Positions 12,207 to 24,872 of a stretch of 32,539 nt of DNA are shown piece after piece. Position 1 is the stretch's first letter; every line of letters starts with the position of its first letter. Under the pieces are notes generated by a model. That model did no database searches and was not told the DNA's origin. It worked only from the letters and a program-made list of their open reading frames with translations. The position numbers were made by a program, and so were the translations under genes. This DNA is from Streblomastix strix (lineage: Eukaryota): NCBI GenBank assembly GCA_008636045.1, contig SNRW01000068.1:1-32539 (forward strand). The letters are read 5' to 3'.

Positions 12207-13480
12207 ATGGAACTTAATAATAATGATTTTAATCCTAGTTTGAAAAAAAACAAGGAAAAAAGACGTATTAAAAAGGAAGAAAAAAAAGAAAAATTAATTT
12301 GTTTTTTCAAATTAATCTAATGTAAAAGATCTGCAAAATTTCAAAATTTGTAATGAGAATTAAAACAAAAGATAAAGAATTTCAAATGATTCCGATGAGT
12401 TTGATTCATTCTAAGATTCAAAATTGAATAATTAATTGGGATTTATTTCAGATCAAAATGTTGATAAAGATGCTTAAAATTTTGAAGAATAAACAAAATA
12501 AGTTTAAGATATGAATATTATTCAGTATGATTTATTAAATTTAATTGAAAATCCAGAAAAATCAATTCCAGTTCCTCCTCCAATTTCTATTTTTGAACCA
12601 CTGCCTCGCTATGGCATTCGAAATTTTGGAGTGATTTGCTTCATAAATTCAGATTTATAAATCTTAGCATCTGCAATTTTGTAGCATCCTAATCTTTTTC
12701 CACCAATTAATAATCCAATTATCATATAAAGTATTCTTCATCAGTGTTTAATGAATTTATCATATAATGGATAAGATATTATCATTGACTAATTTAAGAT
12801 TAAGACAATCCGAAATATTTTCCCTGTTTTACTTCCCGGATAAGATGATGCAGGGGTTTTATTTGAATCTCTTATAAATAATTTATTTTTATCATATCCT
12901 TCTCTCTGAAAAGCATTTAATTCTCCATAATTCTCATAATATGAATGCATATCACGCCATGTTAAAAGAAACAATCAAATTCAGAATACGTGCTTTAAAG
13001 TTCTAAAGACTAGAGATGGATTATTCAACTTAGAAAGTTATGTCGATAATGATTATTAATTGATGAATCCAGATATTAAATGTAATCAGTGTAATGGCTA
13101 TTAAAATTTAGTTGAACATCATATGTAACCAATGCTTCCTGGAAATTTATCAATTCACTACAGTTCTCCCGTTGTGGAAGTGGGTCTATTTGACAATGAT
13201 TTTATTTAGCCTATACCATATAGTAACATTCCGTTGAATTTTTGCTTATCAGTTTTAAGGAAAATATCTACTATAATTAAATTTTTCAAAAAGAGATTTA
13301 TTTATATCACTTTTATGGGATAATATTCCGAATTCCATTCGAAACAAGTCGCGATGCAGGCCATTATATTGCACTTTGCAGAACGGCTCCATTTTATGTA
13401 AATGATGATAGTAAAGATTCATGGATTTTAATTGGGGATAATACATTATATGAACCAATGAATACATTATAGACTCTTCA
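12207..13480 (+). pseudogene. Ubiquitin-specific protease (peptidase C19) domain upstream of the Helitron Rep
   Basis: Cys box YGIRNFGVICFINSDLQILA (Cys 12637-12639), GQDDAGVLF (QxDAxEF-like), KCNQCNG finger, and His box RDAGHYIALCRTAPFYVNDDSK (His 13362-13364). Frameshifts present. Confidence 0.82.
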
Positions 13481-13779
13481 ATATATTCATAAATCTTATG
13501 CATTATGTATTGATGTCCATAGTTTATACTACACAGCTGAAATAGATGAATAGTTTTTAGATCATTCAATTCATCCAATTGAAAATTTTGATTTTCCAAG
13601 ATAAGACTTTCTAATTAATCATTAATCAGATTTATATTAACAAGTATAAGATTTATAATCCGAACTAGAATCATCAGAAAGTGATACGTCGTTTGAAAGC
13701 GCTCCAGGATAATAAAGTTCAACTGAAGAAGAAGAAGGTGAATAGATGAATAACTTATTAAAGCCTGTAACATGATTGA

Positions 13780-15835
13780 AAAAGCAAACTTATGATTCAA
13801 TTTGTTAATATTGTGGAGCTAAAAAGATGAAATATTGAAGGCTAATATAAATCACAATTTGGATCACCATTTTCTGAGTGCTGCAGTCATTGAAGATGGA
13901 ATAATATTAATTTATTTAATAACAATCCATAGTTCCTAAGAAATTTATTAGAAGGCTAAGATTTTGAATAGAAGTAGTTTAGAATGAATACTAGAAAATA
14001 TAACTCAGATGTTTCTTTTGCATCAATGAATTCTTCATAAGTCAATGTTTAAGGAAATGGAGCATACGTCTTTCGTATCCATGATAAAGTTTATCGCACT
14101 ACAGGTCACTTAACATTTACAAGATAAGAATATGAAAAATTTAGTCATTATTATATTTATGATCCAGATGAGGGTGCATAGAAAAGAATTGATGATTCAA
14201 ATTAATATAAGAATAATAAGAATGAACCAATTCAAGAAGGATCATCGTTAAGTAAGGATTTGTTAAAAGAAATAATTATTAAATTAGAAAAAATCAATCC
14301 ATACATTTAAAAATTTAAAACATTATATGAAGTTTTAAAAGTACAATAAAGAAAAGTTGACAATAAAGAAGTAGATTAATTGCTAGAAATCCGCCTTATT
14401 TTTGATGTTAATTCAAGTAAAGATCCAAGAAGATATAACCCTCCTTCGTCTGATGAAATCGCCGCAATTTATATATCGAGCGATGGATAAGTTCCACCAA
14501 GATAAGAATTGACTATTTATGCGAGAGATGGCAATCTTCAGATATTATAAGTTACAAAACCATGATGTGATTCAATAATATATTCATTATTTTTCCCAAA
14601 TGGCCAGCTTGGATGGAATTTCAATTAGTAAAAAGAATAATATAAATAATAGAAGGTTAATTTAACAGTGCTTGAATATTACTCATCTTTATTATTCGAA
14701 AGAGAAGGAGAGTTCAATCCAATACTTCAAAGAGGAAAACTATTTCACTAATTCTTAGTAGATGCATTCACAAAAGTGGAGCAAAGTAGATTAGATTACA
14801 TAAGATTTAATTAAAGGAAAGTTGAGGGTAGAAACAAAACTAGGATTATTAGATTATTTATATGAATGAAATTAAAATAAGAAAAGTAATTAGATAAAAC
14901 CAATTGAATCTATCGGAAAACGTTATATACTTCCTGCATCCCATACTGGAAGTCGCCGTTACATGAATGAATAATTTTAAGATACAATGGTGATTAAAAG
15001 GAAAAGAGGGAAAGTTATTTTATTTTCTACAATGACAGCAAATCCAAAGTGGCCTTAAATAACTGATAATTTATTCAAGGGTTAAACCTCATAAGATAGA
15101 CCTGATTTGTGTTGTAGAGTATTTAAAATGAAAAGTAATGAATAAATCAAAGATATTACTAAGAAAAAATTCTTCGGAAAGCATAATTATTCAATTGGTG
15201 CAAATGAATTTTAAAAGCGAGGTCTTCCACATATTCATCTATTAACTAGATTAGGAGAAGATGATATTCCAAAAACTGCATCATATATTGATAAATTGAT
15301 ACAGTGTGAATTACCCGATCCTGCAAAAGAAAAAGAATATTATGACTTAGTTGTTACTCATTAAATTTATGGACCATGTTTGCTTGGAGATCCAAGATGT
15401 TGGAAACATGGAAAATGTTCAAAAGGATTTCCAAAGAAATATAAAGAATAAACTGTATTCAATGCTGATGGATATCCCTCATATAGAAGAAGAAATTAAG
15501 GTATTACATTCAGGAAAGGAGGCAAAGAATATGGAAATGAATGGGTAGTTCCACATAGTAAAAAACTTCTACTTAAATATAAAACTCATAATAATGTAGA
15601 ATTTTGCGCAGGGGTCCAAGGAATAAAATATATTTATAAATATATACATAAAGGTCACGATCGTGCTGAATTAAAACTAATTCTAAGAAAACAAGATAAT
15701 ACTTAATTTAAGCGATATGTTGATGAAATCCTTGATCATCTTGAAACCAGATACTTAACAGCTCATGAAGCAACGTGGAAATTATATAAATATCCAATAT
15801 TGTATAGATCAGTTTCTGTAATGAGATTAGATCCT
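13780..15835 (+). mobile_element. Helitron Rep (HUH endonuclease) region, truncated before the PIF1 helicase
   Basis: CQYCGA...ECCSH zinc finger, YNSDVSFASM, GAYVFRIH, YIYDP, RRYNPPSSDEIAAI, LFFPNGQLGW, RGKLFHQFLVDAF, ILPASHTGSRRYM, TMTANPKWPQI, DRPDLCCRVF, EFQKRGLPHIHLL (15206-15244), KYIYKYIHKGHD (15626-15661) and RYLTAHEATW. Confidence 0.95.
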
Positions 15836-16585
15836 TTCCTTTGATAGCTTTCCAAGAACACTGTAGGCATCACCACCTTTACCGAGAGCCTCTTTAAATT
15901 GCTCGTTAACAAGAGCTAATTCGCGCCTCTATTGCGCATCGCATGCTATGATTCTCGCGGCGTGGTGTATAGTGAGGAAAAATCTTTGCACAGCAATAGG
16001 GTCTTCTTGAATCATTGCAGCTGAACCTGCAACACAGGCTCTTTGAATTTGAACTGCGAACTGGGATGTTTCGACTTCAGTGTTAGTGTATCCATAGCTT
16101 ATACTAGGATTCATCACTAATTTATTAAGTTCTAGCCCCAACATCTCGTCTTCACGCTATGGAAGAAGCTCACGTTCGAGTTTCGTGGCTCTCTCGCCAG
16201 TATGATCAAAATATGCGGCTTTTCTCTTGTAATACTGTTTGTACATTTGCGTATTCGCGTCTAACTGTTATTGTAAACGTTGTGCAGCAGGTGATTTAGT
16301 AGGTCTACAAAGAAGTGAACGCATGAACGCTGGAATCGGATCAAGATCATTTTCAACGCGTTAACTCGAGCTTAAGCGCTCCTTTTCTCCATTAAATGGT
16401 TGACTTTGATCGTCACCGTCTATCGAGTCAACCATTAGCATTCAGGCGCGAGTACGCTTTCTTTTTGAAGTTTTATTTGATCTGGCTTTTTGGCTGGGTT
16501 TGTGTATTCCAATACAAATGGAAGCCGCATTAGAAGGACTGGGTAGTTCAAAACTCAGAGGCACGGTTGGGTTTTACAACAGATT
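15830..16585 (-). pseudogene. GC-richer ORF fragment (~250 codons), possibly a gag-like ORF1 of another retroelement
   Basis: Abrupt compositional change at the Helitron break. The Gln-code frame ...EDEMLGLELNKLVMNPS...HHAARIIACDAQQRRELALVNEQFKEALGK... has one TGA. No RT follows. Confidence 0.45.
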
Positions 16586-16654
16586 TTTTTGAAATAATGA
16601 AATATATAAAATAATATAAAGAGTGAATTAGTATGTGGTATAGCAGTTCAGTTA

Positions 16655-17067
16655 CTTTTTTAAACTTTCACAACCTTGCTTCTGCCTCTATTTCCTGAAA
16701 TGAAAGTACGGATGGTTTCTTTGCACGATAATATGAAACAGAATACTCAATGATAATTGGATCTGTTAGAATTTTTTATTTTCTCTTACTCTTTTGGGGT
16801 TTAAACTGGATCTCAAATTCATTTTCAAAATCTTAAATATTATCTTCAATGTTTTAAACTTCATCCGATTATTCCGTCTTTTAGACTTTTTTTATCTTCC
16901 AATTTTGTTAATTCATCTATATCTTCTTCAGTTATATCTGAGCTAATAGAATCAAACACATATCCATCTTCATAATATGATAATTCATCTTCTTCACTCA
17001 TTGATTCAACCTCTTCTTCAGTAATTCTACTTTTCTTCTTTTTATTTTTCTTTGTAAGATTTATCAT
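16655..17067 (-). pseudogene. Acidic/basic low-complexity coding fragment of unknown function
   Basis: MINLTKKNKKKKSRITEEEVESMSEEDELSYYEDG..., then a frameshift near 16862 into EVQNIEDNIQDFENEFEIQFKPQKSKRK... Confidence 0.4.
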
Positions 17068-17079
17068 TTTATTATTGAT

Positions 17080-17690
17080 TTTCTTGATAATCTAATCATT
17101 AATAATATGGATAAAGAATTGATTAAAACACCAAATGCCATCCATTCACTTTCCGCACTTACAAGTTATAAACTCAATATTCATGTCAATTAATAGAATG
17201 ATGAATAAACATTATTAATAAGACATTGGAGTGTAATGTGTCTTTGATATATTCAGTTACATAGTGATGCATCTGTTCAATCTGAATTTTTTAATGCTAA
17301 TTATGCTGGAATATGCAAAATTACAATTAGTACTGCTGGTGGTCATGGCGAAGAATAAGAATATCAGATCTTTATTGGATTGATTGACATCTCCGAATTC
17401 ACCAGTAGATTTCATAAAGGGAGATACAATTATGAACTATCATTCCTACCTCAACATCTTCTTGCTCAAATATCAAATGAGTAAATTGAGGAAGAAAATA
17501 GAAATGAAGAACTAGATTCATAACTATTTAATAGTGTAGATCCTCATTGTATAAAAAATATCGCAAACAATGCTAAAGAAGTTATATTGAATTACTCCAT
17601 TCACATGTTCAATTCAAGACGAAGTTGGAATAAGAAAGCAATCAAAGTTGACAATAGAACTAATATAACATTTTTATTTAAGTTTGATTC
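17080..17690 (+). pseudogene. C-terminal fragment of a hypothetical protein family (ISTAGG..GEEQ motif)
   Basis: Frame 1 reads ELIKTPNAIHSLSALTSYKL...RHWSVMCL*YIQ...ISTAGGHGEEQEYQIFIGL...EQIEEENRNEELDSQL, with one TGA at 17245-17247. It resembles a multicopy family I recall from Streblomastix (not verified). Confidence 0.6.
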
Positions 17691-17918
17691 ATTATTTCTT
17701 TTTTTTTTACTAAAATTAATTAAAATAAAATAAAAATACTACTATTAATATATTTACAATATAATGGATTTGGAATGAGTGATAATATGAAAAATAATGA
17801 TCCTTCTTCATCAAGCGGATAGAATAATATGAAGAGTTGCTCAAATCAGTTTTTATATATCCATCATTTCAATATTTCTCATTTTCTTCTTCTTTTACTT
17901 ACTATTTCATTTACTATT

Positions 17919-20900
17919 TCACCATTTCTTTCCCCACTTATATTTGGAACTTGAGAAGAATTTGTGTTCAACTCCTGTATCCGAAAATTTAGCAAATGAG
18001 ATAATCTTAAATGATGAACCCTTGTCTTTGAGATGGCACTATATATATTAATAAATAATTAAATTAAATTTTTTAAATGTAATAATTAATTCAATTAAAT
18101 AAATAAAATTTCTAAAGATATAATGAAAATATTAATAAACTAAATTAATTATTCTGTACCCAGAATTTGACTTTGGGAGGAAGATCAGAAATGTAATTCT
18201 TCTGTACATCGTCGTTTATGAAGAAAGTCAGAGTGCGATTATCTTTGTTCATGTTAAACTGAAATTTTTAAATAAACGAATAAATAACATAATATGAAAT
18301 TAAAATTTATTATATTAATAATTAAATCATAAATTTAATTTTAATAAATAATATATTATATCAAACCTCTAATTTAATGATATCCTCTGGACCAAATGAT
18401 CCGTTTCCTTCAATCTATTTGCCTCCAATATGCACAATTCTGCCCCTGAAAATATAATAAATATAAAAAAAATGGAATTAATTTGATAATAACAATAAAA
18501 AAAAATTTAAATTAATACATTAAATAATTTTAACAAACCTGCTATTATATATTACAACATTCTCCATTCCTTAGTAATAGAAAGAAAGAAAATAATAAAT
18601 AAATAAGTTTATTATTTAGAATTAATCAATTTTAATAAATCAAATATAAATATAAATACCTTTTGTTTCAGGTTTCTCATTTCTACCAAAAATCACAGAT
18701 TAATCTGCAATCCCAATATCTAATTTTAAATAATTGAAAAATAAAAAAATAAAAATAAAAATAAAAATTTTGTTAAATTATAAAAAAAATGTAATATAAA
18801 ATAATTTTATAATTATTTAATCTTACAAAAATGAATTGTGAATAAACCTAAAAGCCCTTAGATATTTTTGATTTATACTCTTATAATATCCTCTTAAATC
18901 AATTGATCAAAAACGATCGTAGTGTCATTGTTATTACCACAAGTGTGAGTATATATATAATGTATTATTTGAACATCTTCCAAGCACTCATTTCTGACTG
19001 GAGATAATTTACCTTTAATAAATAATTAATAAATAATTAATAAATTTAATTTGTCTATATTTAAAAAAAAGAAGAAATTAAAAAATAATAATTTTAACTA
19101 TTTATATTATTATTTGGTTTATTTCAAACTTTTTATATCTCCTTAAACCCAAAATTCTCCATATTCATAGGGAAAAGATATTGCTCCATGTTTTGCTGTT
19201 GGTTCTGTTACTGATTCAAATTTGAGCACTTTGAATGATGAATCTTTCCAAAAGAGATGTGCCTATTAAATAAATAAATAGAATGAAACACGATAAAAAA
19301 AATATTCAAATGATTATTAATATATGATAATATATAAATAAATTATTATGATAATATAAAATTATAAAAATGATTATTAATTTATATTTATATTAAAATA
19401 GATATTTCAGACGGACCCAAATTCTGACGGCAGATGGTATGTCTGTGACGAAGTTCGGTTGCTCAATGTCATTCACGAAGAATGACAATGTTCGAGGATT
19501 GGAATCCATGTTTATCTGGCAATAATAAACGAATAATAAAAATAAATTAATTCTCATTTTCACTCATTCTTTCAAATCAATATAATCAATCCATCTCTAT
19601 TCATACAAACCTCCAATGCAACACGGTCTCCATCGTTGAACTCTGCATTTCCTCTAATAAAATCATGACCAATATGAAGAATCTTACCGCTAAGTAATTA
19701 ATAATAAAATAAAGTTAAAAATATCAAAGAATAATAAATAAATTTTAGAATAATAAACATACAAACTAAAATATTCAACAATCTTCTCCCACCCTGATAA
19801 AGTTATTTTAAATCAATAAAAAGAATATAATTAGCATTTTATATCTTATTCATTATCATATATTAAATATTATATACCTCGTGCTTAAGGTTCTTCATAT
19901 CTTCCATATTGAACAGACTCATCAGCAATTCCAACAACTATTCGTTGGAGAAATAATTATAAATTAAATATAGGATGAATTAAAATAGAAAATTAAAATT
20001 ATATTTGTAATTATTTATTCAATTTTCAATAAATAAAATAAGAAATAACATTATAAGCTGTTTATATTAAGAACTTCAAATTTCATAATTCCTTTCTTAA
20101 TTACTGAATCAAAAAGGATTGTGGAAGGACCTGATTTTATCATAGTAACAGTATCTTTATCTACTTAAGTATCTTCAAGACTTGGCACTAATGCACTATG
20201 TGGAATTGGACCTGAAGATAAAATATTAAATTAAAATTAATTTATAATAAATATAATAATTGGAATAAAAAATTGAATATTAATTATTAAAATTTAAATA
20301 TTAAAATATATAATTTTTTTCAAACCTCTTGGAACTTATTCACAACTTGATTTCCGTTTCTGTTATTATTCAACAATTTTTGGTTGTTTAACAATTTTTG
20401 GTGGTTCAATTTCGATCTTTGCTTTTAATTGAAATGATGTCGCTTTTGTTCCAGATCCATGTAACGCAGTCGGTTTTATTAGGCGCTCAAACTTCGTTAC
20501 TTTGAACGAAGAATTTATTTCAAATAGGAAAACCTATTATAATAAGTTGTAAGATGAATATTTTAGATAAGAGACAAATAATTAAAAGCATTAAATAAAT
20601 ATAAACAATAATTATAAATGGATAAATATATTATTAAATATTATTTTATACCCAGAAACTGACACTCTCGGGTATACCTGTGATGTAATTCTTTTATTCT
20701 TCATCGTCAATAAAGAATGAAAGTGTCCGTGGGTTTGAGTCCATGTTCAGCTATAGTTCAACAAACAGAATGTAAATTATATGTCATTATTTAATAAATA
20801 TACATTTTAATTGAATATAATATAAGTTAATAATTTAATTCAATTTAAATATTTAATTAATATCAATGAAATTCTTTCTCAAAAATGCATACTTCTAAAG

Positions 20901-21559
20901 CAACATAGTTTCCTTTATCAAATTCTGCGTTCCCTTCGATTCCTTCATCTGCAAAAGCAATCTATCCGCTAATAATACAAATTAGATATAAATATAATAG
21001 TCATTTGAATAAAATATGTAAATTAAAAATTATATAAATAAAGTAAAATATTTAATAAAATTTAAATTAATAAATAAATTATTATTCAAAAAAGTTAATA
21101 AATATATAAACAAACTTGCAAATATAGAAAATCATCCGGTCTTTGCCTTGATTCATTTGCAATATTATATGAATAAAAAATAATAAATAAAATATAATAG
21201 AAGGTTAAAAGAATATTACCTACAACTTAAGGCCCTTCATTTCTTTGGAATTTAGCTGGATTTTATGCGATTCCAAGACCTAAATAACAAAAAATAGATA
21301 ATTTATTTTATAAATAAAATTGATTAAATTATATAATAAATTACATTAATAATAATCATATACCAAATAGTTGATAATTAGCTTGAACCTCAAATTTAAC
21401 AATCCCGCTTTTAATTGGTGGTTCAAACAGTATGACTGAATGATTATCAGATTTGCTTGTGAATACACTCCCACTGATATTAACATCGTCTGGGTGCGGC
21501 ACAACAGGTATATAGTAAACATTACCAACAACTTGGAGTGATAAAGGCTTTGATGTCAT
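17919..21559 (-). CDS. Intron-rich locus with three tandem SPRY/B30.2-like repeats (one gene or tandem paralogs, partly frameshifted)
   Basis: Three repeats of the exon series xxFD/EPxIxxGIxKFEV, (I/V/L)GIA, IxGNxxFxxGxxVxLE, NMDSNPRTLSFFxxDxxQxNxxxxxPxxVxFW, SSFK. ATG at 21559, final YKWGKKW-TGA at 17921-17919, GT-AG AT-rich introns. Confidence 0.8.
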
Positions 21560-22199
21560 GTTAAGACTGAAATATATAGTAATAAAAAACGTTTAAAACA
21601 TATTTACAAAATAATTATTGGTTTATAACTCGGATATTGGGCATAAAATAAGTTATATTCGAAAGAATTTTGATTTTGAGATTGCAAAATGTCACCACAG
21701 AGTAAGAATTAGAATGATAGTTAAAAAAGTTATTAGAATAGTGCATATAGTACAACTTATACTAAATAATAAGTTCATGCTCAATTTATTGGCCGAGTAA
21801 TTTAAGGTCGAACAAAAAAAATATATTTCGTTTGTTTTTCGTTATATAGATTGAATATTGTTCAAAAATTATTTCAATAAAATATGATACAATATACCTT
21901 GCATAAAAAATTACTAATAATAGGAAATAGGAATGCTTGGCTCAGAATCTAGAGAATTTAAAAGTGTTTTCGTTCTCCACACAAAGAACGCAATTAATAT
22001 AAATTCATTAAAGAAACAGATCAAATTAATGCAATAATAAAAAATGTAAATATAAATTATCATATAAATGAACTGTGAGTCGAGAACAGCAAATGCCAAA
22101 ATTCTTTAATCTCTCGCCTGGGAGTAAACAAATATCTTTTAAACTCTTTAAAAAATGAGAAAATAAGTATTAATTTATATATTAATATTTTTAATATCG

Positions 22200-23170
22200 G
22201 TGAGATTTATCACTCGTAAATCATTTATTTCAGCTTTATTAAATGTATTTTTAGCAGAGCTCTTTTATATGGTATCTAATATTACTAATAGATATGTTAA
22301 TAGCTCTTTTGATAAATTTGCTTAAGTAAGTAAACTGTTTAATGATCTCTGCATAGATTTAAGAGATTAGTTGTTTTTTTAATTTTTCTAATTACTTTAC
22401 TTCTTCTTACTTCAGGTACAACTCTTATAGTTATTTATGTTTTTGAATTGATTCTTCTTCTGTTGATTAATCGAGTAATGATTTCATTTTGGTCATAAAT
22501 AAACTAACCCAAAATTCATTAATATCGATCTCTGATAATAGTTTATCACTCAATCCTACGAAATCTTTGTTTAGCCGATGTAATCTCTGCGAACTTTTCC
22601 AGTGTACATTATTTATAACACTAATGCTTACATTTTTAATAAGTATGTCTATAACTAGAACTAGATATTTCTTACTGTATTATTTATTCAAACAAGATTG
22701 AGATTACGTTAACGGTTCCGTTAATATTAGATCAATATTGTTTCCATTTTTTTATGTTATCAAAGATCAAAATTTAATTAAGATATCACTGTTCAATATA
22801 CAATAATCTCTTCGTTTTCAAAATTTAACATAAGATCAAATTTTATCTGATATAAATTTAAATATCTCTAAGTTAATGCAAGCCAAGAAAGTGATTTTTT
22901 CTGCATCTTTCCGTTTAACTTGAGCTATCTCTCGTTCCACTTCTCGATATTTATTTTTATTATAAATACGTTTAATACATTAAACGTCATATAGTTATTC
23001 AATGTCCTTTTCATTAACTCGAATAGCCAATTGCTCAATAGCTTCATCAAGAGTATAGAGTCATTACTTGTCTTCATCAATTAGATTTTAATTGATTTGG
23101 CTCTCATATCTTCCATATATTTCTTTGATTTGTGCATATGAATCAAATATCTCTCGATAATCTATATCAT
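22200..23170 (-). pseudogene. Degenerate hypothetical ORF(s)
   Basis: YREIFDSYAQIKEIYGRYESQINQNLIDEDKQ*LYTLDEAIEQLAIRVNEKDIEQ... with stops and frameshifts. No domain recognised. Confidence 0.35.
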
Positions 23171-23414
23171 TTTATTTGATTAAAACTTTAGTTATTGTAA
23201 AATGGACAAATTATAATCACTAAGAAAATTAAATGAAAATGGTTTAACATTTGTGAACATCGAAAAAAGTTATATATTGTAAGTAGATAAGTAAATTATG
23301 ATATATATTGATGAATAAAAGGGGTCTAAAGTACTGAAATAAGCTTAATAGATTAAGTTATTTTCAATCTGACCAATACCTAAGCATTAAGAATAAAGAT
23401 TAATGTATAACGAT

Positions 23415-23677
23415 AGTAGTTATGAGAATACGGAGAGTGCCCCACATTGAAAAATAAAATAAAATAATGTTAAATAAATAATAATAGTAAATAATAATAA
23501 TATTAAATAATTTAAAATAAATATTGTAATATAAATAATCTAAAAAAAATTTGAAATATAATTAATATTTGCCACAAATGAAACGATTATGAGAGTGATT
23601 ATTGAAATAGATTAATGATATTGATTAATGATGTTGATTTTTGAACATATGGCCCTCACCATTTTCTTATAACTACA
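23415..23677. mobile_element. 263-bp element bounded by 41-bp imperfect inverted repeats starting AGTAGT
   Basis: 23415-23455 matches the reverse complement of 23637-23677 at 30/41 positions without gaps. The interior is AT-rich and non-coding. Confidence 0.55.
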
Positions 23678-23759
23678 TAGGATAGTTGATGGAATTAGTC
23701 GTTTTCAAATAATTTAATATTTCAATTTACTTATATTTTTATTTTTAATTTTTTAATTA

Positions 23760-24175
23760 AACGCTTCTTAGGGAAATGGTTCTGATTTATCAAGCTCTAA
23801 AAAATAATTATCTAATTTGATGAAATCATATGGAAATTTTAATTTCATTTTTGTACAATAAATTTTCGAATCGATGAACTTTAATTTAATTCCTGATATA
23901 TTATGCTTAACGATGATTTATTTAGCATTTGAACCACTTCCAATATATTTAATGATTTGCCACTCATCGATCTATAAAATTTTAAGAATCAAGGCTACAT
24001 CGAACATTGAAGAATTGAACCCAATTACTGGAACCTCATAATGCTATGGAATCGTCTCATCTTCATATTTGTTTGAATCAATAACTTTTCTGGTTTCCTT
24101 AAATAACTATTTAATCCATACATTAATAAAGTTAGGGGTTCATATATCAAAATAAATCGAATAAATTTAATCAAC
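23760..24175 (-). pseudogene. Protein-primed family B DNA polymerase fragment (exonuclease region)
   Basis: EVPVIGFNSSMFDVALI (Exo II-like), YIGS, KLKFIDS, KFPYDFI and LDKSEPFPQEAF. The polymerase palm motifs are absent. Confidence 0.78.
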
Positions 24176-24872
24176 TGAAATTTAACCAGCAGATACTACA
24201 AATCCGTTAATTTTGTTCAATAATAATAACGGGCTTATCTTGTAATTAATAAATAGTAATGAGTTGATATTGACTATTAATGCTGTTGATCCAGTTGGTA
24301 CTCCATTATATATTAATTATCGAGGTAATAATTTAAGCTCGTAATATCCAAATTCTAAATTGATTTAAAATTATGCTTTAGATACAGGTTCTTCTACTTC
24401 ATTTGCTGGTGTTACTTCAGATAATAGTTAAATAAATCTTTTATCAGATAATTTTAGTGATGGTTTAAGAATATCTAGATCTGATACAAATGCAGGAAGT
24501 TCTTTGATTTTTTTAGGATGTAGTAGAACATCTAATGTTAATGTAATTGCCAGATAATGGTTAATATTTACACCATCAAGTAATTATTTTAATAACCCTC
24601 AAAGTTTTGTAATAGCTGTATCATCTTAAGCAGGTGATAACACTAGAAGATTACAAATCAGTGCTGATAGAAACATATTATCTTTCAATGGATCTGTTAT
24701 AACTGGAACTGGAGCATCACATGGAGTTAGTAATGGATCAGTTTAATATTTCGCTGGTAATTCAATCTTATGAGGTGTAAATAGTTCTGGAACAGAAAGT
24801 GGATTCTATAGCAATGGTACAAATATATGTTGGCGTGCTCATTCAATAACATTATGATCAGTTCCTTCATGA
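24175..24872 (+). pseudogene. G/S/N/T-rich fibre- or tail-like protein remnant
   Basis: GDNTRRLQISADRNILSFNGSVITGTGASHGVSNGSVQYFAGNSIL*GVNSSGTESGFYSNGTNICWRAHS. The composition suggests beta-rich structure; the function is inferred only. Confidence 0.45.

Noticed and set aside
22500..22620. HNH endonuclease (LHRL motif on the minus strand)
   Set aside because: The following DH..N...N residues were not found, so the evidence is insufficient.
403..24872. TGA reassigned to Trp (all three stop codons recoded)
   Set aside because: Conserved Trp residues are mostly TGG and genes end at TGA. In-frame TGA codons occur in loci that are also frameshifted or truncated, and the mirror change CCA>TCA is seen, so mutation explains them better.
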